Assembly: GCA_963663275.1 (NCBI GenBank) | Contig: OY760183.1 | Location: 2,784,001 to 2,848,000, forward strand | Direction of reading: 5' to 3' | Length of the DNA stretch: 64,000 nucleotides | Origin: Chloroflexota bacterium | GTDB taxonomy: Bacteria; Chloroflexota; UBA11872; VXOZ01 | Shown: piece after piece, positions 1 to 9,115 of the stretch | How the letters are laid out: each line of letters starts with the position of its first letter | Numbering within the stretch: position 1 is the stretch's first letter | Made by a program: the position numbers and the translations under genes | The notes under the pieces: model-generated | Told to the model about the DNA's origin: nothing | What the model saw: the letters and a program-made list of their open reading frames with translations, nothing else | The model's database searches: none

Positions 1-162
1 CTCATACTCCTGCCCGAAGTCAACTACACCGGCCAGTTTGCCAACATGGTCGCCAGCCAGTACCCGCGTGAATTCGTGCGCATCAACATCTTCGGCGGCA
101 TGCCGTTCCGCGTTGACTGGCTCCTGGAGAAGATAAGAGAGGAAGTGGCATTGCATGTCTAG
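1..162 (+). CDS. korA: 2-oxoacid:ferredoxin oxidoreductase alpha subunit, C-terminal fragment (truncated by window edge)
   Basis: Frame 1 reads LILLPEVNYTGQFA...GGMPF...EVALHV* (E-x-N-x-x-GQ and G-x-PF motifs of OFOR alpha C-termini); its stop overlaps the korB start. Confidence 0.8.
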   Translation, partial: LILLPEVNYTGQFANMVASQYPREFVRINIFGGMPFRVDWLLEKIREEVALHV

Positions 163-1021
163 CGTGATAACCGCGGAGAAGCGAAAAGTTGCCGACTATA
201 AGGGCGAAGAGCGCCCGACCTGGTGCCCTGGCTGCGGCGACTTCGGCGTGCTGAACGCCGTCTTCAAGGCGCTGAGCGAACACAATTTCGACCCTAAGGA
301 CGTAATCGTCGTCTCCGGCATCGGCTGCTCCAGCCGCTTGCCCTTCTTCACCGGCGCGTACGGCTTTCACACCGTGCACGGGCGCGCCATGCCCGTGGCC
401 GCCGGCATTCGCGCGGTGCAGCCGGACATGCCCGTCTTGGCCATGGGCGGCGACGGCGACGCCTTTGCCATCGGCGTCGGTCACCTCGTCCACGCTATCC
501 GTCGCAACCTGAACATTTGCTACGTGGTGATGGATAACGCGGTCTACGGCCTCACGAAAGGCCAGACTTCGCCCACCGCCGAGCGCGGCCTGGCGACCAA
601 GGCCACGCCCCAGGGCGCCAGCGACCCGGCGGTGAATCCGCTGCTGCTCTCCCTGGCTACCGGCTGCACGTTCGTGGCGCGCGGCTTTTCCAGCAAGCCC
701 AAGGAACTGGCCGACCTCATCGCGCAGGGCATCGCGCACCCGGGCTTCGCTTTCATCGACACCTACAGCCCGTGCCCGACATTCAACACGGTCAACACGT
801 TTAAGTACTACCGGGACGCCACGGAGGACTTGCCTGAGGATTTCGATCCCACCGACTTCAACGCCGCGCTGCAGTACGCCGCCAGCGAAGACCCGCTCTA
901 CCTGGGACTGTACTACCAGTCCGAGCAACCCACCTTTGAAGACCACATCAGAAACAATAAGCCGGACGTTACGCAGAACACCATGGCGGTGGTGGAGAAT
1001 ATCTTCGATCAGATGAGCTAG
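155..1021 (+). CDS. korB: 2-oxoacid:ferredoxin oxidoreductase beta subunit (TPP-binding)
   Basis: WCPGCG, SGIGCSS, HGRA, GGDGD...N TPP motif, YGLTKGQTSPT, SPCPTFN. Confidence 0.93.
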   Translation: MSSVITAEKRKVADYKGEERPTWCPGCGDFGVLNAVFKALSEHNFDPKDVIVVSGIGCSSRLPFFTGAYGFHTVHGRAMPVAAGIRAVQPDMPVLAMGGDGDAFAIGVGHLVHAIRRNLNICYVVMDNAVYGLTKGQTSPTAERGLATKATPQGASDPAVNPLLLSLATGCTFVARGFSSKPKELADLIAQGIAHPGFAFIDTYSPCPTFNTVNTFKYYRDATEDLPEDFDPTDFNAALQYAASEDPLYLGLYYQSEQPTFEDHIRNNKPDVTQNTMAVVENIFDQMS

Positions 1022-1305
1022 CGCCAGGCGCGCGCCGCCGCTCACGCGAGAGGTTTCGCAAGCGGACTCCATGAGCGTGGAGTTCGCTTTTGTGCGCCCG
1101 CGCAGGCGCGCCGCGGATTGGCTTAACATCCATGTTGCTTGGACGGTATACTAGTGGCGGAGGGCTGCTGACCCGCTCGGCGCGCACTGGAGGCGGAGTC
1201 ACGATTGGCGCAGAAGCCCGCCAACATATTCTGTAGTGAGTCTCGAACCGACTTTCCGGTACAACGCGCCGGAAACAAGAACTGTACGCAGCGGAAAGCG
1301 CATTC

Positions 1306-2982
1306 ATGCTCGAGCATGACATTCTCGTAGTAGGCGCCGGCCTGGCCGGAATGCAGGCCGCCTTGCACGCGGGGCGGCAGGGCGCCAGCGTCGCCATCCT
1401 CACCAAGGTGCATCCCGTGCGCAGCCACTCCAACGCCGCGCAGGGCGGCATCAACGCCGCCATGGAAGATGACGACCCCTGGGAAGACCACGCCTACGAT
1501 ACGGTCAAGGGCAGCGACTTCCTGGGCGATCAGGACGCCATCGAGGTGCTGTGCAGCGAAGCGCCGGAGACTATCATCGACCTCGAGCACATGGGCCTTA
1601 TCTTCAACCGGGACGCCGGCGGGCGCATCGACCTGCGCGCCTTTGGCGGCCAGGCCCGCAAGCGCACCTGCTACGTGGCCGACATTACCGGCCAGGTGAT
1701 GCTCCACGTCATCTACGAGCAACTGATGAAGGCCGGCACGACGGTCTATGAAGAGTGGTTCGTCACCTCCCTCGTCCATCAGAACGACGCGGTGTGCGGC
1801 GTGGTCGCCATGGACCTGCGCACCGGCGAACTGCGCCTCATCAAGGCAAAGGCCGTCATTCTCTGCACCGGCGGCTCGGGGCGCGTCTACGAACCGAGCA
1901 GCAACGCCCTCATCTGCACCGGCGACGGCTACGCCCAGGCCTATCGGGTCGGCGCGCCGCTCATGGACATGGAGATGGTGCAGTACCACCCGACAACCTT
2001 GCCCGGCAACGGCGCGCTGATGACCGAGGGCGCGCGCGGCGAGGGCGCGTACCTCATCAACGCCGACGGCGAACGCTTCATGGAGCGTTACGCGCCGAAC
2101 ATGATGGAACTGGCGTCCCGCGACGTGGTCTCCCGCGCCGAGCAGACCGAAATCAACGAGGGAAGGGACATCGACGGCTGCGTGCTCCTCGACGTGCGCC
2201 ACCTGGGCCGCGACACGATTCTGCAGAAGCTCAGCCAGATTCGCGAACTCGGCCTGGAGTACGAAGGTGTGGACATCATCGAAGAACCCTGTCCCGTGCG
2301 GCCCGGCATGCACTACATGATGGGCGGCATCAAGACGGACATCCAGGGGGCCACGTACGTCAAGGGCCTCTATGCCGCCGGTGAAGCGGCCTGCGTCTCG
2401 GTGCACGGCGGCAACCGCCTGGGGGCAAATTCGCTGCTGGATACCCTGGTCTTTGGCAAGCGCGCCGGCGCGTCCGCGGTGGCGTACGCCCAGAGCATTG
2501 CGGAACCGGAAATTCCGGACGCGCGTCTGCAAGAGGACCAGGAGCACATTAACGGCATTCTGGCCCGCGACGGCGATACCGGCGAACGCGGGGCGGCGCT
2601 GCGTCTGGCCATGGGGCAGGCAATGCACCGGCACGTCGGCGTCTTTCGCGACCAGAGCGGCCTGGAGGAAGCGCAAGCCATCGTGGCGACCCTCAAAGAG
2701 CGGTACCGGCACGTCGGCGTGGACGATAAGGGCAAGGTGTTCAACACCGACTTGCTCTTCGCCCTGGAAGTCGGGCTGATGCTCGACGTGGCCGAGGCGA
2801 TCGTGGCCAGCGCGCTCTTCCGCGCCGAGAGCCGGGGCGCGCACTTCCGCACCGACTTCCCCGACCGGAACGACGAGGACTGGCTCAAGCACACGCTGGT
2901 ATTCCACACCGGCAAAGCCCCGCGCCTGGAAACCCTCCCGGTCACCATTACCCAGTGGCAACCCACCAAGAGGACGTATTAG
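1306..2982 (+). CDS. sdhA: Succinate dehydrogenase/fumarate reductase flavoprotein subunit
   Basis: GAGLAG FAD fold, RSHSNAAQGG covalent-FAD His, QYHPT, ASRDVVSR, HYMMGG, HGGNRLGANSL, ESRGAHFR. Confidence 0.96.
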   Translation: MLEHDILVVGAGLAGMQAALHAGRQGASVAILTKVHPVRSHSNAAQGGINAAMEDDDPWEDHAYDTVKGSDFLGDQDAIEVLCSEAPETIIDLEHMGLIFNRDAGGRIDLRAFGGQARKRTCYVADITGQVMLHVIYEQLMKAGTTVYEEWFVTSLVHQNDAVCGVVAMDLRTGELRLIKAKAVILCTGGSGRVYEPSSNALICTGDGYAQAYRVGAPLMDMEMVQYHPTTLPGNGALMTEGARGEGAYLINADGERFMERYAPNMMELASRDVVSRAEQTEINEGRDIDGCVLLDVRHLGRDTILQKLSQIRELGLEYEGVDIIEEPCPVRPGMHYMMGGIKTDIQGATYVKGLYAAGEAACVSVHGGNRLGANSLLDTLVFGKRAGASAVAYAQSIAEPEIPDARLQEDQEHINGILARDGDTGERGAALRLAMGQAMHRHVGVFRDQSGLEEAQAIVATLKERYRHVGVDDKGKVFNTDLLFALEVGLMLDVAEAIVASALFRAESRGAHFRTDFPDRNDEDWLKHTLVFHTGKAPRLETLPVTITQWQPTKRTY

Positions 2983-3132
2983 TATCTTTACTGGATGAGC
3001 CGTACCAATCTCCCTGCCGCACGACACGCACCGATATGTCTGCGGGATAAGTTCTAACACTATCATTGCCGGGTAGGTTGTTACACTATCTTTGCCGGAA
3101 AAGTCTTGCCAATGTCTTTGCAGGGCAAATTG
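2977..3132. repeat. Degenerate tandem array, 6 x 26 bp, between sdhA and sdhB
   Basis: Core TGCCGG-like motif recurs at 2989, 3015, 3041, 3067, 3093 and 3119 (exact 26-bp period); consensus ~TACCAATATCTTTGCCGGANAAGTNG. Confidence 0.6.
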
Positions 3133-3156
3133 AACGAATAGACGCTCCGCTCTTGT

Positions 3157-3191
3157 CCCCTCTCCCTGAGGGAGAGGGTTAGGGTGAGGGT
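3157..3191. repeat. REP-like palindrome (CCCTCTCCC-n-GGGAGAGGG family)
   Basis: cccctctccctgagggagagggttagggtgaggg; related copies at ~7521-7700 (interrupted) and ~58302-58336. Confidence 0.7.
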
Positions 3192-3234
3192 GAGTAGAAG
3201 ATCAGAGCAGAGCCAAGAGCCGAGAGAGTAACCG

Positions 3235-4194
3235 ATGCAGTTCACACTCAACGTACGCCGCTACGACCCCGAGGCGGAAAATCCCGCGCCGTACTGGCGC
3301 GAATACACGGTGGACGTGCCCGAAAACGCCTCCGTGCTGGACTGCCTCATCCATATCCGCGAGTACGTAGACGGCACCCTGGCGGTGCGCTGCTCCTGCC
3401 GTTCCGCCATCTGCGGCTCGTGCATGATGCGCGTCAACGGCCAGGCGCGTTTGGCCTGCGCCACCAAGGCCAAGGACATGCAAGAGCCGGATTCGGCGAT
3501 CACCGTTGAACCGGGCGGCAACATGCCGGTGCTCAAAGACCTCATCGTGGACATGGACGTCTTCTGGAACAAGATCCGCCAGGTAAAGCCCTGGCTGGAG
3601 CCGGTGCAGCCCGTGCCCGAGCGCGAATACCTGGTGCCGAATGAGACCATCCTCGACCTCACCGTGGCCATGAACTGCGTCATGTGCGGCGCGTGCGTTT
3701 CCGATTGCACCTCGCTGGAAGTAGACAAGAACTTCATCGGCCCGGCGGCGCTGGCCAAGGCGTACCGTTTCGTGGACGACCCCCGTGACGACGACCGCCA
3801 GGAGCGGCTGGAGGAACTCAGCGAGTACGGCGGCGTCTACGACTGCACCCACTGCTTCTTCTGCGTGGAGGTCTGTCCGAAAGACGTAGCGCCGCTGGAC
3901 CGCATCGTAGAAATCCGCGAGCGCGCCCAGAATGCGGGAGTAACGAAGAACGCCGGCACCCGCCACGCCGTCGCCTTCGAAGACATCATCCGCGATAGCG
4001 GCATACTGGACGAGCCGATGCTGTTGTTGAAGTCCATCGGCATGAATCCGGTCGAGCAAATGAAGAACGTGCCCGGCGGCGTGCGCCTCCTGCGGGCGGG
4101 CAAACTGCCTTTGGCTTCCGGCCCGTTCCACCACAAGATACCGGGCCACGGCAACGTAAAGCGCGTCTTTGAAAAAGTGGAGTCCTCATCGTGA
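3235..4194 (+). CDS. sdhB: Succinate dehydrogenase iron-sulfur subunit (type E-like)
   Basis: SCRSAICGSC [2Fe-2S], CVMCGACVSDC, and CTHCFFCVEVCP (four Cys in the third cluster). Confidence 0.95.
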   Translation: MQFTLNVRRYDPEAENPAPYWREYTVDVPENASVLDCLIHIREYVDGTLAVRCSCRSAICGSCMMRVNGQARLACATKAKDMQEPDSAITVEPGGNMPVLKDLIVDMDVFWNKIRQVKPWLEPVQPVPEREYLVPNETILDLTVAMNCVMCGACVSDCTSLEVDKNFIGPAALAKAYRFVDDPRDDDRQERLEELSEYGGVYDCTHCFFCVEVCPKDVAPLDRIVEIRERAQNAGVTKNAGTRHAVAFEDIIRDSGILDEPMLLLKSIGMNPVEQMKNVPGGVRLLRAGKLPLASGPFHHKIPGHGNVKRVFEKVESSS

Positions 4195-5081
4195 AGTACG
4201 CCTTCTTTCCCGGTTGCGTCTCGCGCGGGGCGTGTCCCGAACTGATGCAGTCCCTCACCGCCGTGGCGGAACACGTCGGCATGGAACTGGAACTCATGGA
4301 GACCGCCTCCTGCACCGGCGCCGGCGTCATCAGCGAGCGCAACCAAAAACTGGCCGACGCGCTGAACGCCCGCAACTTCGCGCTGGCGGAACAGACCGGC
4401 CTGCCGCTGATGAACATCTGCAGCACCTGCCAGGGCGTGATGAGCGGGGTCAACGAGCGGCTGAAAGCGCGCCCGGAGTACCTGGCGGAGATCAACGAAA
4501 TCCTGGCGGAAGAAGGCTTGTCGTATTCCGGCACCGCCGAACCGCGCAACTTCATGTGGGTGCTGGTGGAGGATTTCGGCCTGGATAACCTGCGGTCGCT
4601 GGTCAAACGCCCGCTGTCCGAACTCAACGTCGCGCCCTTCTACGGCTGCTACATTTCGCGGCCCACCGACGTGCTGGGCTACCACGACTTTCCCCAGCGC
4701 GGTGTCTACCTGGAAATGATAATCGAGGCGTGCGGCGCGACGCCGGTGGACTACTCCGGCAAGAAGAAGTGCTGCGGGTTCCCCATCATCACCATGAACC
4801 GCACGAATTCGCTCACCATGGCCGGCAACCACGTCGGGGAAGCCGCGGAGAAGGGCGCCGACTTCATGGTTACGCCCTGCCCGCTCTGCCACCTGAACCT
4901 GGACGCGCAGCAGCCGGACGCCGCCAGAGTCGTTCAGACACCGCTCAACCTGCCGATTCTCCATCTCTCGCAACTCATCGGCATGGCGCTGGGCATCGAC
5001 GACGCGGCCCTGGGCCTCAACCGCCACGTGGTCTCCACCAACCCGGTGCGCGAGCGCGTCCACGCGCTGCCGCTGGCATAG
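4191..5081 (+). CDS. HdrB-like CCG-domain protein; non-canonical SDH membrane anchor (SdhE type)
   Basis: FPGC...CTG...CSTC and FYGC...CCG...CPLC CCG repeats; overlaps the sdhB stop (GTGA). Confidence 0.88.
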   Translation: MKYAFFPGCVSRGACPELMQSLTAVAEHVGMELELMETASCTGAGVISERNQKLADALNARNFALAEQTGLPLMNICSTCQGVMSGVNERLKARPEYLAEINEILAEEGLSYSGTAEPRNFMWVLVEDFGLDNLRSLVKRPLSELNVAPFYGCYISRPTDVLGYHDFPQRGVYLEMIIEACGATPVDYSGKKKCCGFPIITMNRTNSLTMAGNHVGEAAEKGADFMVTPCPLCHLNLDAQQPDAARVVQTPLNLPILHLSQLIGMALGIDDAALGLNRHVVSTNPVRERVHALPLA

Positions 5082-5242
5082 TCTCCATGAGAGTAGTGGG
5101 GGGTGCGCCCGGCGTGCGAATCTCAATGCCATTTGAGGCGTCAGTTCGATTACTGTCGAGGCTAGCCTCTCTTTGAGAGCATAGCGGACTCTACGAACAT
5201 CTGACGAAAACGATACGACTTGAGGTACAGCGAGGGCGTTCA

Positions 5243-5539
5243 TTGAAAATTCAGCGGCCGCACCACATGACCAAGAGCGAGGCGCGCGCTTGGGTCGATG
5301 AGAAACTTGCCGAGATGCTTGGGCAATTTGGAGACCGTGTATCGGACGTCTCCTATGAGTGGACGGGTGATCGCCTCATGTTTCAATTCCGAGCCGCCGG
5401 GATGGTCAGGTTCAAGGGTACGCTTGACGTCACGGACTCTGATCTGCGGCTTGATCTGCCATTCCCCCTGCTGGCGCGAGGCTACCAGGGCAAAGCCGAA
5501 GCGGAGATTACCGCATGGCTGGACGATAACCTCCCTTGA
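5243..5539 (+). CDS. Polyhydroxyalkanoic acid system family small protein (PHA_gran_rgn-like)
   Basis: 98 aa; I.RPH...EAR..V, W.GD.L.F, KGTLDV, LDLPFPLL pattern. Confidence 0.7.
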   Translation: MKIQRPHHMTKSEARAWVDEKLAEMLGQFGDRVSDVSYEWTGDRLMFQFRAAGMVRFKGTLDVTDSDLRLDLPFPLLARGYQGKAEAEITAWLDDNLP

Positions 5540-5615
5540 AGAGCCCTCAGCCGGCACAGCGCCGCTGAAACGGCGCACGCGGCACAAGTATGTGAGTTCC
5601 AAGGAGTTTCAATTC

Positions 5616-6542
5616 ATGCGTAAGAAAGTGACCATCGTCGGCGCGGGCCAGGTCGGCGGCTCCTGCGCGCGGCGGCTCGCCGAGCGGGACTACGCGGACA
5701 TCGCGCTGATTGACATCGTCGAGGGTCTGCCCCAGGGCAAGGCGCTCGACATCCAGCAAGCCGCGCCGATCGTCAACTACGACTCCCAGATCATCGGCAC
5801 CAACGACTACGCTGACACGGCGGGTTCCGATCTCGTCGTCATCACCAGCGGCAGCCCCCGCAAACCCGGCATGAGCCGCGACGACCTGCTGGCGGTCAAC
5901 CGGAAAGTAATTACCGCCGTCACCGGCGAAATCGCCAAGCACTCGCCGGACTGTACCATCATCGTCGTCACCAATCCAGTGGACGCCATGACGCACCTCG
6001 CGTGGCAAGTGAGCGGCTTTCCCACCAACCGCGTCGTGGGACAGGGCGGCGTGCTCGATTCGGCGCGCTACCGGACGTTTCTCGCGCAAGAACTCGGCGT
6101 TTCCATGCGCGACATCACCGGATACGTGCTCGGCGGCCATGGCGACCAAATGGTGCCCCTGCCGCGTTACACCAGCGTCTCCGGCAAACCGATCACCGAC
6201 TTCATCGCGCCCACGCGCTTGGAAGAGATCATCCAGCGCACCCGCGACGGCGGCGCGGAGATCGTCAACCTGCTCAAGCTCGGCAGCGCCTACGAGGCCC
6301 CCGGCGCGGCGCTCGTGGAGATGATCGACGCCATCCTCCTCGACCAGAAGCGGGTCTTGCCCTGCGCCGCCTATTTGGAGGGCGAATACGGCATCAGCGG
6401 CGTCTACGTCGGTGTGCTGGTGCAGCTTGGCGCGGGCGGCGTGGAGCGCATCGTCGAACTCGACCTTACCGCCGAGGAGAGCGCCATGCTCGAACAGTCG
6501 GCGGACGCCGTGCGCGAGTTGGTGGACGTGATGGGCATTTAA
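5616..6542 (+). CDS. mdh: Malate dehydrogenase (LDH-like)
   Basis: Start MRKKVTIVGAGQVG after AAGGAG RBS; PQGKALD, PRKPGMSRDDL, VTNPVD, LDSAR, GGHGD. Confidence 0.95.
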   Translation: MRKKVTIVGAGQVGGSCARRLAERDYADIALIDIVEGLPQGKALDIQQAAPIVNYDSQIIGTNDYADTAGSDLVVITSGSPRKPGMSRDDLLAVNRKVITAVTGEIAKHSPDCTIIVVTNPVDAMTHLAWQVSGFPTNRVVGQGGVLDSARYRTFLAQELGVSMRDITGYVLGGHGDQMVPLPRYTSVSGKPITDFIAPTRLEEIIQRTRDGGAEIVNLLKLGSAYEAPGAALVEMIDAILLDQKRVLPCAAYLEGEYGISGVYVGVLVQLGAGGVERIVELDLTAEESAMLEQSADAVRELVDVMGI

Positions 6543-6625
6543 GCGAGCGCGGCGTAGCCAAACCGGCTCTCTGCGCAGAGAGCCGGCATCCGCCGCGCAA
6601 TGACGAAAGCCAAGGAGGCACGACC

Positions 6626-7495
6626 GTGAAAGTGGCGATAGAACAACCGCAAGTAGGGCAGACGGCGCCGGTATTCAGCTTGCCGGACGTCTACGGCGCG
6701 CGCCGCTCGTGGAGCGAGTTTCGGGGCAAGCGCGTCCTGTTGTACATGTGGGCCTCGTGGTGACGCTGCCGCGACCAGTTGCCAGGTTGGCAACAATTCG
6801 CGGAGAAGCACGCCGGCGACGACTTCCAGATGCTTTCCGTCGCCATGGACGGCGGCGGCGCGGAGAAGCCCCGCGCGTTCGTCGAAGAGTTCGGCGTCAC
6901 GTTCCCTACCTTCGTGGACGCCAGCGGCCTTTTGTTCCGTCTCTACGGCTTCTCGGCGGTGCCGAACGGCGTCTACGTGGACGAGGCGGGCGTGATCCGC
7001 TTTCAACTCTTTACCGGATTCAGCGTAGACCGCCAGGACATCGTAGAGCAGCTTGAGACGCTGCTCGCCACGCCCGTTGGCGACACACCGGCCGCGCCTA
7101 CGGTGGCGCAACAGCCGTTCGCAGTCGAGGTCATGCTGGAACAAGCGGCGGCGCACGGTGATGATCCACACGTCCAGCTTGGCCTGGCGGAGGCCTGCCT
7201 GCAAGAGGGCCAGAACGAGCGCGCGGCGGAGGCGTTCGAGCGGACGTTGGCGCTGGACGGCGAATCCGCCAATGCCGCCTTCGGCCTCGGCGCCGCGCTG
7301 CACGGCCTGGGAGAGACGACCGCGGCGCTCGCGGCCTGGCGGCGCGCCCTGCGGCTGGAGCCGGATAACTTCATCATCCGCAAGCAGATCTGGCGCATCG
7401 AGCACCCGGAAAGATTCTATCCCACCATCGACTACGAGTGGCAACAGGTAATGCTGGCGCAGGAAAGAGCCGCCGAGGCGGTGACGGCCGGCTAG
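6626..7495 (+). CDS. Selenoprotein: AhpC/TSA-TlpA-like thioredoxin-fold redoxin with UxC motif plus C-terminal TPR region (in-frame UGA at 6761-6763 read as Sec)
   Basis: RBS AAGGAGG 6612-6618, GTG 6626; VGQTAPVFSLPD...FRGKRVLLYMWASW-TGA-RCRDQLPGWQ continues in the same frame into ORF 6779..7495; SECIS hairpin immediately downstream. Confidence 0.88.
6769..6803 (+). promoter_or_regulatory. Bacterial SECIS element
   Basis: CCGCGA-cca-GTTGCCA-GGT-TGGCAAC-aat-TCGCGG: 6-bp lower stem, 7-bp upper stem, G-starting apical loop 21 nt after the UGA. Confidence 0.8.
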
Positions 7496-7547
7496 AAGCG
7501 GCGCGCTACCGGGAAATTCACCCTCACCCTGGCCCTCTCCCTCGAGG

Positions 7548-7685
7548 AGACCTCTGCAAAACCCCTTCCCCATCGAGGGGGAAGGTTGGGATGGGGGGTT
7601 AAGAGGATTGACATCAAGCCTCTTTGGTTGTAAATGCGGCCTGGATTCCGGCTTTCGCCGGAATGACGGAGCTATGCAAAGGTCT
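7548..7685. mobile_element. ~140-bp MITE-like element (family B) carrying two REP palindromes
   Basis: Imperfect TIRs AGACCTCTGCAAAA ... TATGCAAAGGTCT; internal CCCCTTCCCCATCGAGGGGGAAGG and GGATTCCGGCTTTCGCCGGAATGAC; interrupts a CCCTCTCCC...GAAGAGGG REP; second copy at 30735-31908. Confidence 0.6.
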
Positions 7686-7768
7686 GCTTGAGGAAGAGGG
7701 AACGGGACCGGTTGCGGTTTGGGCGCGGCTGGCTGCGGTGAGCCGATGCGGCGGCCTCCCGGGGCACA

Positions 7769-9115
7769 GTGGACGCGGCAGGGGCATGGCGCATGGCTTG
7801 GGGAAATGCGGACAAGATCGTGCGGCCCAAGTGGCTGCTGGACCGCATCCTGCTGGTCGGGGAGAGCGTCGCCGCGAGCGACGATAATGCGCTGCCTGAA
7901 CTCCTCATCGACACGCTGCGGGAGCACTTCGGCGCGGAACACGCCTGCATCCACGTTGCCGAGCAGGGCAGGCTGCGCCCGCAAACGCGGGCGGCGTTGC
8001 TTGGGGCGTGTCCCGCTGGGCGTGGTGGTGGAGCGGCCATGGTCGGCAGTGCCGAAGACGCCAGCTTAGCCGAATACTCCGGCCATGTTGGAGACACCGG
8101 CCACCGCGACGCCGAGGCGCGTTTCTGGCGGTACGCCCTCGAAACGCGCACGGTAGTCACCGTTTCTACCACGCCCGCCGCGATCCAGGATGAACTCCGC
8201 CCGCTGCTGGCGGCGGCCGGCGCCCGCGACGGCATGGCCATTCCCCTGCTCTACCGGGGCGACGCCTATGCCGTGGCCAATCTCTACTTTCCGCGCATCG
8301 TGCCCACAAAGCTTGCCACCGCGCAGAACGTCATCCGCAGCGTGGGGTTGCTTGGCAATCTCGTCTACGGCGCGCTCCAGCAGGAGTACTACGCCGGGGC
8401 GCTGCGCGGCAGCGAGGGCGCGGCGCTGGCCCTGGCGCAGGCGGCGGCCGCGCGCGACGGCTATGCCGCCGGCCACGTGGCGCGCGTGTGCGCGCTGGCG
8501 GAGGCGCTGAGCGATGCGGCCGGCGTCACGTCGCCTGCCGTACGCGAGGCCGTGCGCACCGGCGCGATGCTGCGAGACGTTGGCAAGCTCTCCGTGCCGG
8601 ACTACATCCTGCAAAAGCCCGGGCCGCTCGACGCCGGGGAACGCGCGCAGGTGCGGCAGCATCCACCCATCGGAGAGCGCATGATCCTGGAGGCGGCGGC
8701 CGCGGCCAACGGCCAAGCTGCGAGCGGCGCGGGTTTAGAAGCGGGGACTGGGGAGTCAAGGGATTCGAAGTCCGCGAGTGACGATTCACTGCTGCTCGCC
8801 GCCGCCGCTGTGCGCGGCCATCACGAGCGGCTCGACGGCTCCGGCTACCCCGACGGTCTGGCGGGCGACGCCATACCGCTTTCGGCCCGCATCGTAGCGA
8901 TTGTCGACGTCTATGCCGCGTTGACGTCCGATCGCCCGTACCGCGCCGCCTTGCCGCCGCCGCGCGCCGTAGAGATTCTGCGAGAAATGGCCGGGCCGGG
9001 GCTGGACCCGGAGTTGGTCTCGCTCTTCCTGGCTCGCGGCGTACCCGGGGCAATCTCTTCCAAACCGTCAGAACACCAATCGCCGGGCACGGCGTCGCGC
9101 GCCGCCGCTCGGTAA
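7769..9115 (+). CDS. GAF-like + HD-GYP domain protein (HD motif degenerate: RD)
   Basis: LRDVGK (canonical LHDIGK), ILQKPGPL, HHERLDGSGYPDGL, IPLSARIVAIVDVY, DRPYR; true start may be 7793. Confidence 0.85.
   Translation: MDAAGAWRMAWGNADKIVRPKWLLDRILLVGESVAASDDNALPELLIDTLREHFGAEHACIHVAEQGRLRPQTRAALLGACPAGRGGGAAMVGSAEDASLAEYSGHVGDTGHRDAEARFWRYALETRTVVTVSTTPAAIQDELRPLLAAAGARDGMAIPLLYRGDAYAVANLYFPRIVPTKLATAQNVIRSVGLLGNLVYGALQQEYYAGALRGSEGAALALAQAAAARDGYAAGHVARVCALAEALSDAAGVTSPAVREAVRTGAMLRDVGKLSVPDYILQKPGPLDAGERAQVRQHPPIGERMILEAAAAANGQAASGAGLEAGTGESRDSKSASDDSLLLAAAAVRGHHERLDGSGYPDGLAGDAIPLSARIVAIVDVYAALTSDRPYRAALPPPRAVEILREMAGPGLDPELVSLFLARGVPGAISSKPSEHQSPGTASRAAAR

Noticed and set aside
1123-3066. 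Long antisense ORFs (also 12310-14511, 36685-38757, 53013-54827, 59062-61290 and others)
   Set aside because: Shadow ORFs of high-GC genes on the opposite strand; no protein motifs
6002-6763. 253-aa ORF ending at TGA 6761 and a separate 238-aa ORF from 6779
   Set aside because: Most of the first is an off-frame overlap with mdh; its 3' end and the second ORF are one Sec-recoded gene starting at 6626
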